Assembly: GCA_028534125.1 (NCBI GenBank)
Contig: CM052817.1
Coordinates: 29,328,001 to 29,392,000, forward strand
Direction of reading: 5' to 3'
DNA from: Lama glama
Taxonomy: Eukaryota
Length of the DNA stretch: 64,000 nucleotides
The notes under the pieces were generated by a model. The model had not been told where the DNA came from. It ran no database searches and saw only the letters and a program-made list of their open reading frames with translations. Shown one piece after another: positions 13,425-26,434 of the stretch; position 1 is the stretch's first letter; every line of letters starts with the position of its first letter. The position numbers and the translations under genes were made by a program.

Positions 13425-13620
13425 TTTCTGCCAAGTATGTGCCTGATAATCTATGAGATGCTTTCCACATAATATTTCAGTGAATAACTCTAAGAACCCT
13501 TTGTTTTAAGTACTATTAGTCTCATTTTAAACGCTACTGACTCTCAAAGAGTTTAAGTAGCCCAATATTGTATAGTAAATCATTTCTAGAATTAGGTAAC
13601 TTCCAATTCCATACACTTTC
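13425..13620 (-). mobile_element. MIR fragment
   Basis: 'tactattagtctcattttaaac...actgactctcaaagagtttaagtagccca' resembles the antisense MIR core. Confidence 0.55.
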
Positions 13621-13714
13621 TCTTACCAGATTTCTACCTGAGGCCCAAAGAATAAGGATTATTTTTGGTGATGGTTGTTTTTTAAGACCTATTTAGGATT
13701 TTATTTTATTTTAG

Positions 13715-13850
13715 TTTAGTTTTTATTCTGTTAAGAGCACTTAACGTGAGCTCTAACCTCTTAAATTTTTAAATGCACAGTAGAGTGCTGTTAACTATAG
13801 ACACAACTGTACAGCAGATCTCTAGGACTTACTCATCTTATGTACTGAAT
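13715..13850 (-). mobile_element. L1MA-type 3' tip
   Basis: 'aagagcacttaacgtgagctctaacctcttaaatttttaaatgcacagtagagt..tgttaactatagacac..tgtacagcagatctctagga' preceded by a T-rich tail. Confidence 0.85.
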
Positions 13851-14261
13851 CATTTTTAGACTCTAAGAACTGTATAGCTATATTTCAGACCCCTGATAAT
13901 ATATTTAAGATTGAAAACAAATTTCTTCTCTCAAGTGTCTCTCTCATTGGCTTCCATGTTTCATTAAATTAAATAAAAATATGGGATTCCTAGAAGGTCC
14001 CAAAATATACAACTATTGGGCTTTAAGGGGTTAATATGACTCTATTACTCTCCATTTCTCCACTTCCAGGAGAACAGAACTGTATGTGTATAAAACTACA
14101 TTTTCATGAGATAAGACAAAGTTTTCGTGTAGGTTTAGATTAAACTTCTGTTTCTCAAGTTAAATTCTGAAGACAATCAGCATGACCATCTTCCAGCACA
14201 ATTCTATCAGAGATCAATCCAGTTAGAATTAATGGTGGCAGCAGGCTGCAATCTGAATTTT

Positions 14262-14462
14262 ATTTTATTTTATTATACTTTTTTTATTGAGTAATAGTCA
14301 TTTTACAATGTTGTGTCAAATTCCAGTGTAGAGCACAATTTTTCAGTTATACATGAACATATATATATTCATTGTCACATTTTTTTTTCACTATGAGCTA
14401 CCACAAGATCTTGTATATATTTCCCTGTGCTATACAGTATAATCTTGTTAATCTGTTCTGCG
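14262..14462 (-). mobile_element. Young lineage-specific L1, 5'-truncated (~200 bp), with perfect TSD
   Basis: TSD tgcaatctgaatttt at 14247-14261 and 14463-14477; T-rich tail then 'ttattgagtaatagtcattttacaatgttgtgtcaaattccagtgtagagcacaa'; target matches the TT/AAAA endonuclease site on the minus strand. Confidence 0.93.
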
Positions 14463-15039
14463 TGCAATCTGAATTTTAAATAAGCTACATCCTCTCCATC
14501 TAATTACCATTTCTAGAAAACTGCATGAATGCTAGATTTTGAGTGACTGGGGCCTAAGTCTGGTGAGGAACAACTCAGGAAAAAAGTTCAAAGTCAGTGA
14601 ATTAGGAGAAAATTGCAAATAAAAGATGCTTTTGAAAAATCCTTTGACTTTTCCATGAAGTACCATATACACAGTTGTGAACGTACTAACCTATATATAA
14701 ACTAACACAGCTTTGAATGTATAATCTATAATGTTAATAGATATGGAAGAACTGTATCACAATACGCAGTGTTTGATTCCAAAGGGTTTCTTGTTTGGAA
14801 CGACTCATTGCATTCATTATCCTTTCTATTGCTTTCATTTCCATCTTAGAATTGTTTTTCTTCTGCTCTTGCCTGAATAATTTCTTCATTTTTTTCCCCT
14901 AGGGTATTTAAGAAAACCCCACCACCCACTTCCAGGTGACTTGAAAGGTCATTCATTTCTCTCTGAGTGGTGGGAGAAAAATGTTAAAGGCTTCTATTCT
15001 TGTTTCCTTGAGTTTATACCAACCTGCATATACTCTATT

Positions 15040-15620
15040 TTTAACATACAAATTCTTTATTTTTTGATTAGTTTTAGATACATAGAAAAGTAGGGGAAGT
15101 TAGTACAAAGTTCCCATATGTCTAATACTCAGTTTCCTTTACTATTAATACCTGATATTAAAATGGTACATTTGTCACAATTATTAAACTGGTACATTAT
15201 GGCCAAAGTCCATTCAATTACGGAGCCCCCACTTAAGGATTAGAGAATTATACTCCACTTTCTTTGGTCAGAGTATTTTCATAAATTACTTAGAATTCTC
15301 TTGCATGAGAGATTTGTCTTTTCTCTCCCATTTATTCAGACATTTATTTATATTAAGTTGATTTTTTTTATGCTTTGGGTTATAATCAAATACCATTTTG
15401 TATACTTTGTTACTCAAATTGTTTAGCTTTGGCCACTGAGAGCTCTTTGGGGTGGTTCCTATGTCCCTTTGACATCTCTCACACAATGATGGTGGTTTGT
15501 TAGTGGTAGTGTGTGTTAGAACACTTTCTTACTTTCCGGCAGGAAAAGATGCTTCAGGTTCATCTTGTATAATTTCTGCTGAAGTCCTGAATTAGCCTAT
15601 TAAGAAATCCTGATTTATTA
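15040..15620 (-). mobile_element. L1MC/L1MD-type 3' end, internally deleted
   Basis: Shares its 3' tip and 'gagcccccactt', 'ttgggttataat' and 'tttggccactgagagctct' with the longer copy at 60475-61755. Confidence 0.8.
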
Positions 15621-16255
15621 TTGATCATTGGCTCCTTTTGTTTGCTTGCATCCATCTCCTGTAGGAGTTAGATTCTCAGTGATTATGTTGAGAAACTGAA
15701 GAATGCAGTTCCTGTGGCTCCCATGCCTAGCAAACGTATTTTTGTGTTTTGAACATTAAATGCATGTACATTTTGACCTTGTTGTACCTGAGACAGCCAT
15801 AAAGATAGTGTTAGTCAATAGAGTCAGCAAATTAAATAATAGCCCAAGAGTTCTTAATACTTAAAGCAAAATTCTGGTCATTTTAAGGAAATTGATAGGA
15901 AAGAATAAATCATAGGTAGGTTATGTATAAACACAGATTATTTTTATATTTCCTACTAAAAAGAATATCTATAAATGGTCTGTACCAATTATCAAGATTC
16001 ATGTCAACTTGAGTGTAAGCGTGTAAATGTGTATGCACTCTTTTAAATATACCAGTTTAAAATTAGCTCTATTTTTGTCCATTATAACAAAAAGGAATTA
16101 AGTTTAGAATTTAATAGTTCAGCTTCTATTTCACATTTTGTTAATATATTTGAATAATAATAATAGAAAAGTAAGAATTTATCTTATTGCATTTATATGG
16201 TAAGCCAATAGTATTCGGGGATATTTAGTAATCAGTGACATTTGTATTGTGCCTT

Positions 16256-17170
16256 TTTTATTTAAAATTTTTTTATTGAGTTATAGTCATTCTACAATGT
16301 TGTGTCAAGTTCTGGTGTACAGCACAATTTTTCAGTTATACATAAAAATACATATATTTGTTTTCATATTCTTTTTCACCGTGAGCTACTACAAGTTCTT
16401 GAATGTATTTCTCTGTGCTATACAGTATAATCTTGTTTATCTATTCTATATATGCCTGTCAGTATCTACCAATCTTGAACTCCCAATCTTTCTCTTCCCA
16501 CCCCCTCCCCCCTGGCAACCACAAGTTTGTATTCTGTGTCTGTGAGTCTGTTTCTGTTTTATATTTAAGTTCATTTGTCTTCTTCTTCTCCTTCTTCTCC
16601 TTCTTCTCCTTCTCCTTCTTCTCCTCCTTCTCCTCCTTCTCCTCCTCCTCCTCCTCCTCCTCCTTCTTCTTCTTCTTCTTTAGATTCCACATATGAGTGA
16701 TCTCATATGGTATTTTTCTTTCTCTTTCTGGCTTACTTCACTTACAATGACATTCTCCAGGGACATCCATGTTGCTGCAAATAGCATTATGTTGTCTTTT
16801 TTATGGCTGAATAATATTCCATTGTATAAATATACCACCTCTTCTTTATCTAGTCATCTGTCGATGGACATTTAGGTTGTTTCCATGTCTTAGCTATTGT
16901 AAATAGTGATGCTATGAACACTGGGGTGCAGGTGTCTTTTTGAATTAGGGTTCCTTTTAGATATATGCCCAGGAGTGGGATTTCTGGGTCATATGATAAG
17001 TCTATTTTCAGTCTTTTGAGGAATCTCCATACTGTTTTTCACAATGGCTGCACCAAACTGCCTTCACACCAACAGTGTAGGAAGGTTCCCTTTTCTTCAC
17101 AGCCTCTCCAGCATTTATCATTTGTGGACTTTTGAATGATGGTCATTCTGATTGGTATGAGGTGATAGCT
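16256..17170 (-). mobile_element. Young lineage-specific L1 3' end (~0.9 kb), same subfamily as 14262-14462
   Basis: Near-identical 3' tip to 14262-14462; continues into antisense ORF2 C-terminus ('aatggctgcaccaaactg', 'agcctctccagcattt'); TSD-like tattgtg(c/t)ctt at 16245-16255 and 17171-17181. Confidence 0.92.
16578..16681 (+). repeat. Compound (CTT/CTC)n homopyrimidine microsatellite inside the L1 3' UTR
   Basis: ~100 nt of only C/T; source of the poly-E/K ORF 16459-16692. Confidence 0.95.
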
Positions 17171-17569
17171 TATTGTGTCTTATAAGTTACATTTCACAGT
17201 CCTTATTCCCTTAACCCTCAATTTTTAAAAAATGTGAACTTAAAAAAATAGAACATTTCTTAAATTTTGTTTGAGATTGTCTAAACTTGGAAATTGGTAT
17301 AGAAAAGATAAAGCAGATATCGGCTCAGATACAGGATTTTTCATTGCAGAATATTTCTATTTTTCTTCTGTAGGAGCAGAAAAGCAAGATCCATACTAAA
17401 AGCCTTAGAACTAGGCAATAAGTCTATTTTGATTTAAAATATGTCATGAATCAAAGAAAATTTTGTACCAGCCAGTACAACCTAGCTAGAGAAATGTTCT
17501 GGTTATATGCAATAGACCAATTATGTCAATAGTAATTATACACCTATTTCTCCCACTGATCTTTTTCCA

Positions 17570-18482
17570 CTGACAGGTAGTTCACACATAAAATTCATCT
17601 TTTTAAAATGTAAAATTCAGTGCTCTTCAGTATGTTCACAGAGTTGTCTAATCACCTTCACTGTCTAATTCCAGAACCTTTTATAACCTCAAAAATAAAC
17701 CCCAGACCCATTAACTGTCACTCCACATTTTACCATCGCTTTAGCTCCTGGCAATCACTAATCTACTCTCTGTCTCCATGGATTTTCCTGGGCATTTAAT
17801 ATAAATAGAATCATACCATATGTGGTCTTTTGTGTCTGGTTTCTTTAACTTAGCATAATGTTTCCAAAGTTCATCCATTCCTTTTATGGCCAAATATTTC
17901 ATTGTATAGTCTGCCTATTTTCATCAGTTGATGGACATTTGCTTTTTCTCACTTTTTGGCTGGTATGAATAATGTTGATAGGAATATTCATGAACAAATT
18001 TTTCTGAACGTTTGATTTCAGTTTACATGGACTTAAGAGTAGAATTGCTGGCTAGTTGCTAATTCCATGTGTAATTCCTTGAGAAACTATCAAATTGTTT
18101 TTTTAAAGCAACTATACCATGATACAATTTGATCAGCAGTATTTGAGGATTCTGATTTCTCCAAATCCTCATCAACACTTACTAGTTTTTATTTTTCTAT
18201 ATATTTTTTCCATATAGTCATATTACTGACTATGAAGTGATAATCACCTTGTGGTTTTGATTTTCATTTCTCTAATGGCTAATGATGTTGAGTCTTTTCA
18301 TGTGCTTATTGGCCTTTGTATATTTTCTTTGGAGAAATGTGTATTGGACACTTTTCACTTTTTATTTGTGTTGTTTTTTCATTGTTGGTTTGTAATAGTT
18401 CTTTGTATATTCTGACTATTAGACCCTTACAAAATATATGGTTTGTAAATATTTTCCCATTCTATAAGTTGTCTTTTTACTT
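17570..18482 (-). mobile_element. L1MB-type element, segment 1 (3' UTR and ORF2 end)
   Basis: 'taaaattcatctttttaaaatgtaaaattcagtg', 'gtctaattccagaac' and 'aatagaatcataccatatgtggtcttttgtgtctgg'; interrupted at 18482 and resumes at ~24658. Confidence 0.88.
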
Positions 18483-21400
18483 TTCTTTTATTTTCTTCTT
18501 ATTTGTTGAGGTAACATTGATTTATAACATTATATAAGTTCCATGTGTACAACATTATATTTTAACTTCAGTATACCCTACAGTATGCTCACTATAAGAT
18601 TACTTTCCATACATCACCATAAGGTTGAGCCCCTTTAGCCACTTCACCTTCTTCCCAACCTTTTCCTCTGGTGACTACTAATCTGTTCTTTGTAACTATC
18701 TGTCTGTTTTTCTTTTATTTAATTTGTCTGTTTTTTATAATTCACATATGAGTAAAATTATACATTATTTGTCTTTCTTTGACTTATTTCACTTAGCATA
18801 GTATCCTCAAGGTCTATCCATGTTGTCACAATTGACAAGATTTCATCTATTTTTATGGCTGACTAGAATTCCATTATAAATTATATTCAACATCTTCTTT
18901 ATCCATTCATCCATCAATGGGCACTTAAGTTGTTTCCATACCTTAGTTTTTGTAAATGTGCTGCAATGAACTTAGAGGCACATGTCTTTTCATTTAGTGT
19001 TTTGGTAATCTTCAGATAAATACCCAGGAGTGAAATGGCTGGAATATATGGTAGTTCTATTCTTAATTTTTGATGGAATCTTCATACTGTTTTCTATACT
19101 GGCTGCACCAATTTACATTCGTAACAACAGTGTATGAGGGCTTCCTTTTCTCCACATCTTCATCAACACCTGTTTTTTCTTGCCTTTTTGATAATAGCTA
19201 TTCTAACAGGAATGAGGTTAGAATGTGATTTTGATTTGCATTTCCCTGATGATTAGTGTTAAGATCTTTTCATGTGCCTGTTGCCCATCTGTATGTCTTC
19301 TTTGGAAAAATGTCTATCCAGCAACTGCTCGTTTTTCAATCAGGTTGGTTGTTTTTGTTTGTTGAGTTATATGAGTTCTTTATATATTTTGAATATTAAC
19401 TCCTTATCAGATAGATAATTTACAAATATCTTTCCTGTTTGGTAGGTAATCTATTCATTTTGTTGATGGTTTCCTTTGCTGTGCAGAGCTTTTTTTCAGT
19501 GTATTCCCATTTGTTTATTTTTGGTTTTGTTTTCCTTGCTTGAGAAGACATACAGAAAGATATTGCTAAGACTAATGTCAAAGAGTATGTTGCCTGTGTT
19601 TTCTACTCTGACTTTTAGGGTTTCAGGTCTTTAATCCATTTGGAGTTGATTTTTGTGTATGGTCTGGGATAGCGGTCTAGTTTCATTCTTTGCTTGTGGC
19701 TGTCCAGTTTTTCCAACATCATTTATTGAGAACATTATCCTTTCACTTGTATATTCTTTACTCCTTTGCCATAGATTAGTTGTCCATATATACCTGTGGA
19801 CTTATTTCTGGTCTCTCAGTTATGTTCCATTCATCTATGTGTCTGTTTTTCTGCATACAGCATGTTGTTTTGATACTGTAGCTTTGTAATCAAGTGTGAA
19901 ATTAGAGAGTGTGATACTTCTGGATTTGTTCTTTTTTTTCTCAGGTTTGGTTTGGCTATTCAGGGTCTTGTGGTTCTATGTCAATTTTAAGTGGTTCTAT
20001 TTTTGTCAAATGTCATTGAGATTTTGATAGGGATTGCATTGAATCTTTAGATTGCTCTATGTATGTAGATATTTTAAAGATGTTATTCTTCAATACATGT
20101 TCATGGAGTATTTCCATTTCTCTGTGTCTTTGTTAGTTTCTTTCAACCACGCTTTATAGTTTTCAGTGTATAGATCTTTTACCTCTTTGGTTAATTTTAC
20201 TCCTAGACATTTATTCTTTTTGTTGTGATTATAAATGGGATTATTTTCATAATTTCTCTTTCTGCTAGTTCATTGTTAGTGTATAGAAATGCAACAGCTT
20301 TTTTGTACATTGATTTTGTACCCTGTAACATTACTGAATTCATTTATATTTTAATAGTTTTTTGGTAGAGTCTTTGGGGTTTTCTATATATACAGTCATG
20401 TCATCTGCAGTAGTGACAGTTTTACTTTTTCCTTTCCAATTTGGATACCATTTATAAATTGTTTTTCCTGCCTGATTGTTCTGACTAGGACTTCCAATAC
20501 TATGTTGAATAAGACTGGCAAGGATGGGCATCAATGTCTTGGTCCTGATCCTCTAGGAAAGTCCCTTTTCACCATTGAATATGATATTAGCTATAGATTT
20601 GTAATATATGGTCTATATTATATTGAGGTATGTTCCTTCTATACCCATCTTATCAATAATTTTATCAAAAATGGGTGTTGAATCTTGTCAAATGCTTTTC
20701 ATGTGTTTATTTAGGTGGTCATACAGTTTTTATTCTTCATATTGTCAATGTGATATATCCCATTGACTGATTTGTAGATGTTGAATTATCCTTGCATTCC
20801 TGGAATAAATCCTTGTTGATTGTGATATATGATCCTTTTAATGTATTGTTGTATTTGGTTTGCTAGTATTTCATTGAGGATTTTTGCATCTATATTCTTC
20901 AGAGATACTGGCCTGTAATTAATCTTTTTTTGTGTTGTCCTTGTTTGGTTTTGGTATCAGGGTAATGTTGGCCTCATAAAATGAGTTAGAAATTATTCTC
21001 TCCTCTTTGATTTTTGGAAGAGTTTGGGGAGAATAGGTAAGTATTAAATCTATTTTAAATGTTTGGTAGAATTTACCTATAAAGCCATCTGACCCTCGGC
21101 TTCTATTTTTTGGTTGGTTTTTAATATCCTTTCTAGTGATCAGTCTACTCAGATCTTTTATTTTACAGTTTGTTTCTTCTAGGTTTTACTATTTGTTAGT
21201 TATAGCTGTTCATAATGCTCTCTTATAATCCATTGTATTTCGGTGGTATCTGTTATTTCTCTTGTTTTTTTTTCCCTGGATTTAGCAGTACCTTCTCTCT
21301 ATTTTTCTTAGTGAATTTAGCTAAAGGTTTGTCAATTTTGTTTAACTTCTCAAAGAACCAGCTCTTAGTTTTACTGATTTTTTTCTATTGTATTTTTAGT

Positions 21401-24400
21401 CTCTAATTCATTTATTTTTGCTCTGATCTTTATTATTTCCTTCCTTCCAGTGACATTGTGTTTCGTCTGTTGTTTTTCTAATTCTTCTAGGTGTAAGGGT
21501 TAGATTGAGTTTTTTTGTCTCGTGGAGTAGGCCTGTATTGCTAAAAACTTCCTTCTTTGTACTGCTCTGCTGCATCTCATAGTTTTCGGTACGTTATGTT
21601 TTCTATTTTCACCTGTTTTCATGTATTTTAAAAAATTTCTCCTTTGATTTCTTTGCTGACCCAATAGTTTTATTTAGTAGCATGTTGTTCAGTCTCCACA
21701 TATTTATGATTTTTTCCAGCTTTCTTCTTCTAGTTGATTTCTAGTCTCATACCGTGTTGATCAGAAAAGATGCTTGATACGATTTGAATCATAGATTTAC
21801 CGAGACTTGTTTTATGTCTCAACATATGTTCTATCCTCGAGAATGCTCCATATGCACGCGAGAAGAATGTGTATTTTGCTGTATTTGGATGGACTGTTCT
21901 GTGTAAATCTATCAACTCCATCTGCTCTAATGTTTTATTTAAGTCTGCTGTTGCCTTGTTGACTTTCTGTCTGGCTGATCTAGTCACTGATGTAAGTAAG
22001 TGTTTAAGTTCCCTACTGTTACTGTGTTGCTGTCAATTTCCCCCTTTAGGTCTATTAATAATTGCTTTATATATTTTGATGCTCCTATGTTAGGTGTCAA
22101 ATATATATATATATATATGTAACTGTTATATGTTTTCAGTGAATTGTCCTATTTGCCATTATATAATGTCCATCTTGTTTCTTGGTACATGTTTTGGCTT
22201 GAAGTCTGTTTTGCCTGAAATGAGTGTGGCCTACGTCTGCTTACTTGTGGCTGCCGTTTGCTTGGAGTCTTATCTTCCAGCCCCGCACTTTGAGCCTGTT
22301 TGTCTTTATAGCTGATGTAAGTTTCCAGGAAACAGCATGATGTTGGGTCTTGTTTTTTAATCCAGCCAGTCACTCTGTGTCTTTTGATTGGTGAATTCAA
22401 CACATTACTATTTAGAGTGATTCTTGATATATGAGAACTTAATATTGCTATTTTATCTTTTGTTTTCTGGTTGCTCTATATCCCCATTGTTTCTTTTTCC
22501 TTGAGTTTCTATCTGCCATTTTCATTTGTTGGTTTTCTACGGTGATTTTCTCACTTTCCTTTTGTTTATGTTTCATGTTTTTGCTCTATGTTTATGTCTT
22601 GTGGTTACCATCAAGTTTATGTTAAATGTCTCACAGATATAAAGGTCTCTTTTTCTGCTGACAGCATCTTATCTTCACTTGCCTATATGGGGTTTTCCTC
22701 TTTCCCCTTTGTTTTTTTTTGTCTCAGATTATCTCTTTTTTGGTTGAGGTTTTGTTGCCAAATTGAAGTAGCTATAGTAATTTTTACTACATTTTCCCCT
22801 GTAAACTTTATGATATAATAAAGTGTTTGACCTATTCTAATATGGAGCTACAATTTTCTTATTTTTTCTATTTATAACCTTACTTGAAGTTCTGTGTACT
22901 TTTGCCTTTTTGTTTCTGGTAGATCACCTTTCTTCATTTCTTGTTAGGTGAGTCTAGTGTCGATGAACTCCCTCAGCTTTGTTTGTCTGGGGAAGCTTTC
23001 ATTCCTCCTTCATATCTGAAAGATTACTTTAGTGGATAGAATATTTTTGAATGCCAGTTTTTACCTTCCAATATTTTGACTATGGTGTTCCACTCTCTTT
23101 TGGCCTGTAGAGTTTCTGCTGAGAATTCTACTGAGCCCAGTGGGGCTTCCTTCATAGGTTACCATCCCTTTTCTCTGACTACCTTTAAAATTGTTTGTCA
23201 TTGACCTTGACAATTTTAATGTAATGTTTTTTTAGAGGTCTTTTTGCATTGAGGTAATTAAGTGTTCTCTTAGCTTCATGGACTTGTATATCCATTTCCT
23301 TACCCAGGTTTGGGAAGTTCTCAGCCATTATTTCTTTAAATAAATTCTCTGTTCCTTATCTGTCTCCTCTTCTTCTGGGGTACTCATTATTCTAATATCC
23401 TAATGTTGCCCTTCTTAAAAAGAGTCAGTTCTTGTAGAATTTCTTCATCGTTTTTTATATCTTAATTCTCTCTTCTCTTCTACCTCTGAAGCATTTGTAG
23501 ATTTCTATCTTTGAGCTCACTAATTCTCTCTTCCAAATGGTCGGCTCTATTTTCAGTGTTTTCTAATGCACTCTGCATCTCATTCATTAGGCTCTTAATC
23601 TCCAGAATTTGTTTGGTGCTGTTAGAGTTTCAATCTCTTTGGTAAAGCATTCCTTCTGTTCATTAATTTTCTGAGTTTTCTTGTTGCTCATTATGTTTCT
23701 TCATGACAGCTTTCTTGTTTTCTACTAATCAGATAGCAATATTCTGTGACTCTAAGTTTGGTTTATGAAAAGTTGTCATTTTCTTTTTATGGTAGAGTGT
23801 TCCTGTGGTTTTTCATGGTGCTTGATGTTGTTCCTCTGATGTGGCATTTGAGGTAGGAACACTTTCTGTTTGATTATAATGATTCAATAGATTAGAAATT
23901 AGAGGCTTTCCTTTTGTTTTCCAGTAGGTGGCAGTACAGCACAAGTTTTGGTTTGCTCTTACCTGAGCTGCCTTTAGTTGTATTTGAGAATTAGCACTTT
24001 CCTCCCACCACCAGCTCTGTCAGAGGTATTGTCTAGTGCCCTTGTATTTATTGCTTGTACCTCCAGGGTTTTAGGTAACTTGCTGTTGCTGGTGCCTCTG
24101 GTGTTGCTTCCTAAGGCACTGGGATGGCAATCACTTCAGCCACATCCCCGGTCTTCTGAGTTGTAGGCTTCACTGCCAGGGATGGAGGATAGTTGGTGGG
24201 TAGCTAGGGTTGTGTGTGCCTCCCCCGTGTCCTGGACTGTTGGGTTTGTGGGCACTGCCACTGTGGGTAGGAAGTGGGGGACCAGAGTCTTGGGCATCTC
24301 TGCAACTGGAGAGATGGCATTGCCCCCCCAGCTGCCACTGCTACCAGTTTTCCTGCGGCCATGGGTTATTCTGTAGCCCTGAGGCAGGAATCATGTGTGC

Positions 24401-24649
24401 TGCCTCATGCAGATTTAGTCACCTTGGCTGAGCCTCCAGGATCACAGGTACAACCTCCATTGTTCCCCAAGTTTTGCCTCCTCTATATGTTCCCATCCAC
24501 CCATCTTTAGATGTACAGATGTGTGAAATTCTTCAGCGTCCTGGTGTATTGGGCAGAGGTACCTTTGTTGCGTTATGGATGTTTTACTGCTTGTAGATTG
24601 AAGGGGAGACAAAAGGAACATCTAAGTCCACCATGATGCTGGTATCTTC
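18483..24649 (-). mobile_element. Near-full-length decayed L1 (~6.2 kb): 5' UTR, ORF1, ORF2 and 3' UTR remnants
   Basis: EN-domain remnants LNSPIKRHRVTGWIKKQDPTSCC (22149-22403) and LNKTLEQMELIDLHRTVHPNTAKYTFFS...IFSDQHGMRLEIN (21730-21987); RT motif [19 protein letters not shown] (20340-20534); GC-richer 5' UTR at ~23900-24649; flanked by ttttactt at 18475-18482 and 24650-24657; many stops and frameshifts. Confidence 0.95.
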
Positions 24650-24657
24650 TTTTACTT

Positions 24658-25959
24658 ACAGTATCTTTTGAAACACAATTTAAAAAATGTTAAGTCCAAT
24701 TTATATAAACTTCCTTTGGCTGCTTACACTTAATTGTCATATCTGAGAAACTATTGCCCTAGGGCTTAAAGATATTACATATTTTTCTTCTATAAGAATT
24801 TAGCTCTTTGATGTAATTTGTTTGTTTGTTTGATTTGGTATATTCCCAGAAACTTTTGTTGAAAAGGCTGTTCTTTCCCCATGGAGTTGTCTTTGCATTC
24901 TTGTCAAAATTCGATCACTGTAAACTATATGGGTTTCTTTAAGGACTCTCAATTCTGTTCCATTGATTTATAAATGTATCCTTATGTGCTGCACAGTTGT
25001 GATTACTGTAGTTTTGTAATTTTGTGAAATAGAGGAATGTGTTTTCACCATGTTTGCTCTTTTCAAGAATTTTTTTGACTCTTGTGGGTTTCTTGAATTT
25101 CCTATGAAGTATAGGATCATTTTGTCGACTTTTGAAATAAAAAAGGCAGGTGGGATTTTAACAGAGATTTCATTTAATCTGCACATCCGTTTGGAGACAA
25201 TTGCTTTATCAATATTAAATCTTCCAATTCATGAATACTGAATATCTTTTCATTTACTTAAATCTTTAATGTATTTCAATAATTTTAGTGTATGAGTTTT
25301 GCATTTTTTGCTAAATTTATTCTGAAATATTTTATTTTTGATGTTTTTAAACAGACATTTAAAATTTTATTTTCAGATTGTTTATTGCTGATATAGAAAA
25401 AATACAGTTGATTTTTGTGTGTTAATCTTGTATTATCTAATTTTTCTGAACTTATTTTTTAACCATAGTCATTTTATTATGGATTCTTCAGGATTTTCTA
25501 TATATAGAAGATCATGTCATCAGTAAATGGAGAGTTTCTTATCTTCCATCTGGGTGCCTTTTATTTGTTTTTCTTGTATAATTGCCCTTGGTAGCACCTT
25601 CAATAAAATACTGAATAGAAGTAGTGAAAAGAAATACCTTTGTTTTGTTCCTGATCTCAGGAGAAAGTTAACTTTTTTACCATTAATCATGATGTAATCT
25701 GTGGGGTTTTTTCTAGTTGCCCTTTATCAAGTTGAAGAATTTCTTTCTATTCCTAGATTTTTAGTCTTTTGTCATAAGAGAGTGTTATATTTTGTCAATT
25801 ACTCTTTTGTCATTTATTAATTGTTTTTTGTTCTTTATTATCTTAATATGGCATACTGCTTTGATTGAATTTTGTATGTTTAAACAACCTTGGGTTCCTG
25901 GAATAAGTTCCACTTGGTCATGGTACATATCCTTTTTATATGGTGTGAGATTTAGTTGG
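24658..25959 (-). mobile_element. L1MB-type element, segment 2 (ORF2)
   Basis: Colinear continuation of 17570-18482; ORF track shows 'YHDQVELIPGTQGCLNIQNSI' (25785-26003) and 'RLNEISVKIPPAFF' L1 ORF2 remnants. Confidence 0.88.
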
Positions 25960-26434
25960 TGTAATAGCTTCCTCCTGCTGCTATAGCAAATGATCATAAA
26001 CATGTCTTAAAACACAAATTTATTGTATTTGTGAAAGTCTGAAGAACAAGATGGGTCTTATTATGTTAAAATTAGACTGCATTCCTTCTAGAAGCTCTGG
26101 TGGGAGGAGAGATCTATATCCTTGCCTGTTCAGCTTTTAGAGGCTGTCGGGATTCCTTGGCTCATGGGGTCTTCCTTTGTCACTGAAGCTAGCAGTGTAG
26201 CATCTTCACCTACCTCTCTGACTCTCTCTTCTGCCTTTTTCTTCCTCTTACAATTTTAAAGACTCTTGTGATTACATTGGACCCTTTTGGCTAAATCAGG
26301 ATTATCTCCCTATTTTAACTCCAACTGATTAACAACCATATTCCACTGCTAAATTAATTCCCCTTTGTCATATTTACAGATACCAGGTTGTAGAATATGG
26401 ACATCTTTAGGGAGCCAATATTATACCAACTACA
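25960..26434 (-). mobile_element. MaLR solo LTR (MLT1C-like) inserted in L1
   Basis: TG...CA termini; 5-bp TSD-like gttgg (25955-25959) and gtttg (26435-26439); 'attccttggctcatgg', 'cttgtgattacattggaccc' and 'tggacatctttagggagcca'. Confidence 0.9.

Noticed and set aside
16403..16696. Poly-E/K and poly-S/F ORFs
   Set aside because: They are translations of the C/T microsatellite inside an L1 3' UTR
20340..22403. ORFs with RT and endonuclease motifs as an active gene or novel RT system
   Set aside because: Fragmented, frameshifted L1 ORF2; ordinary retrotransposon fossil
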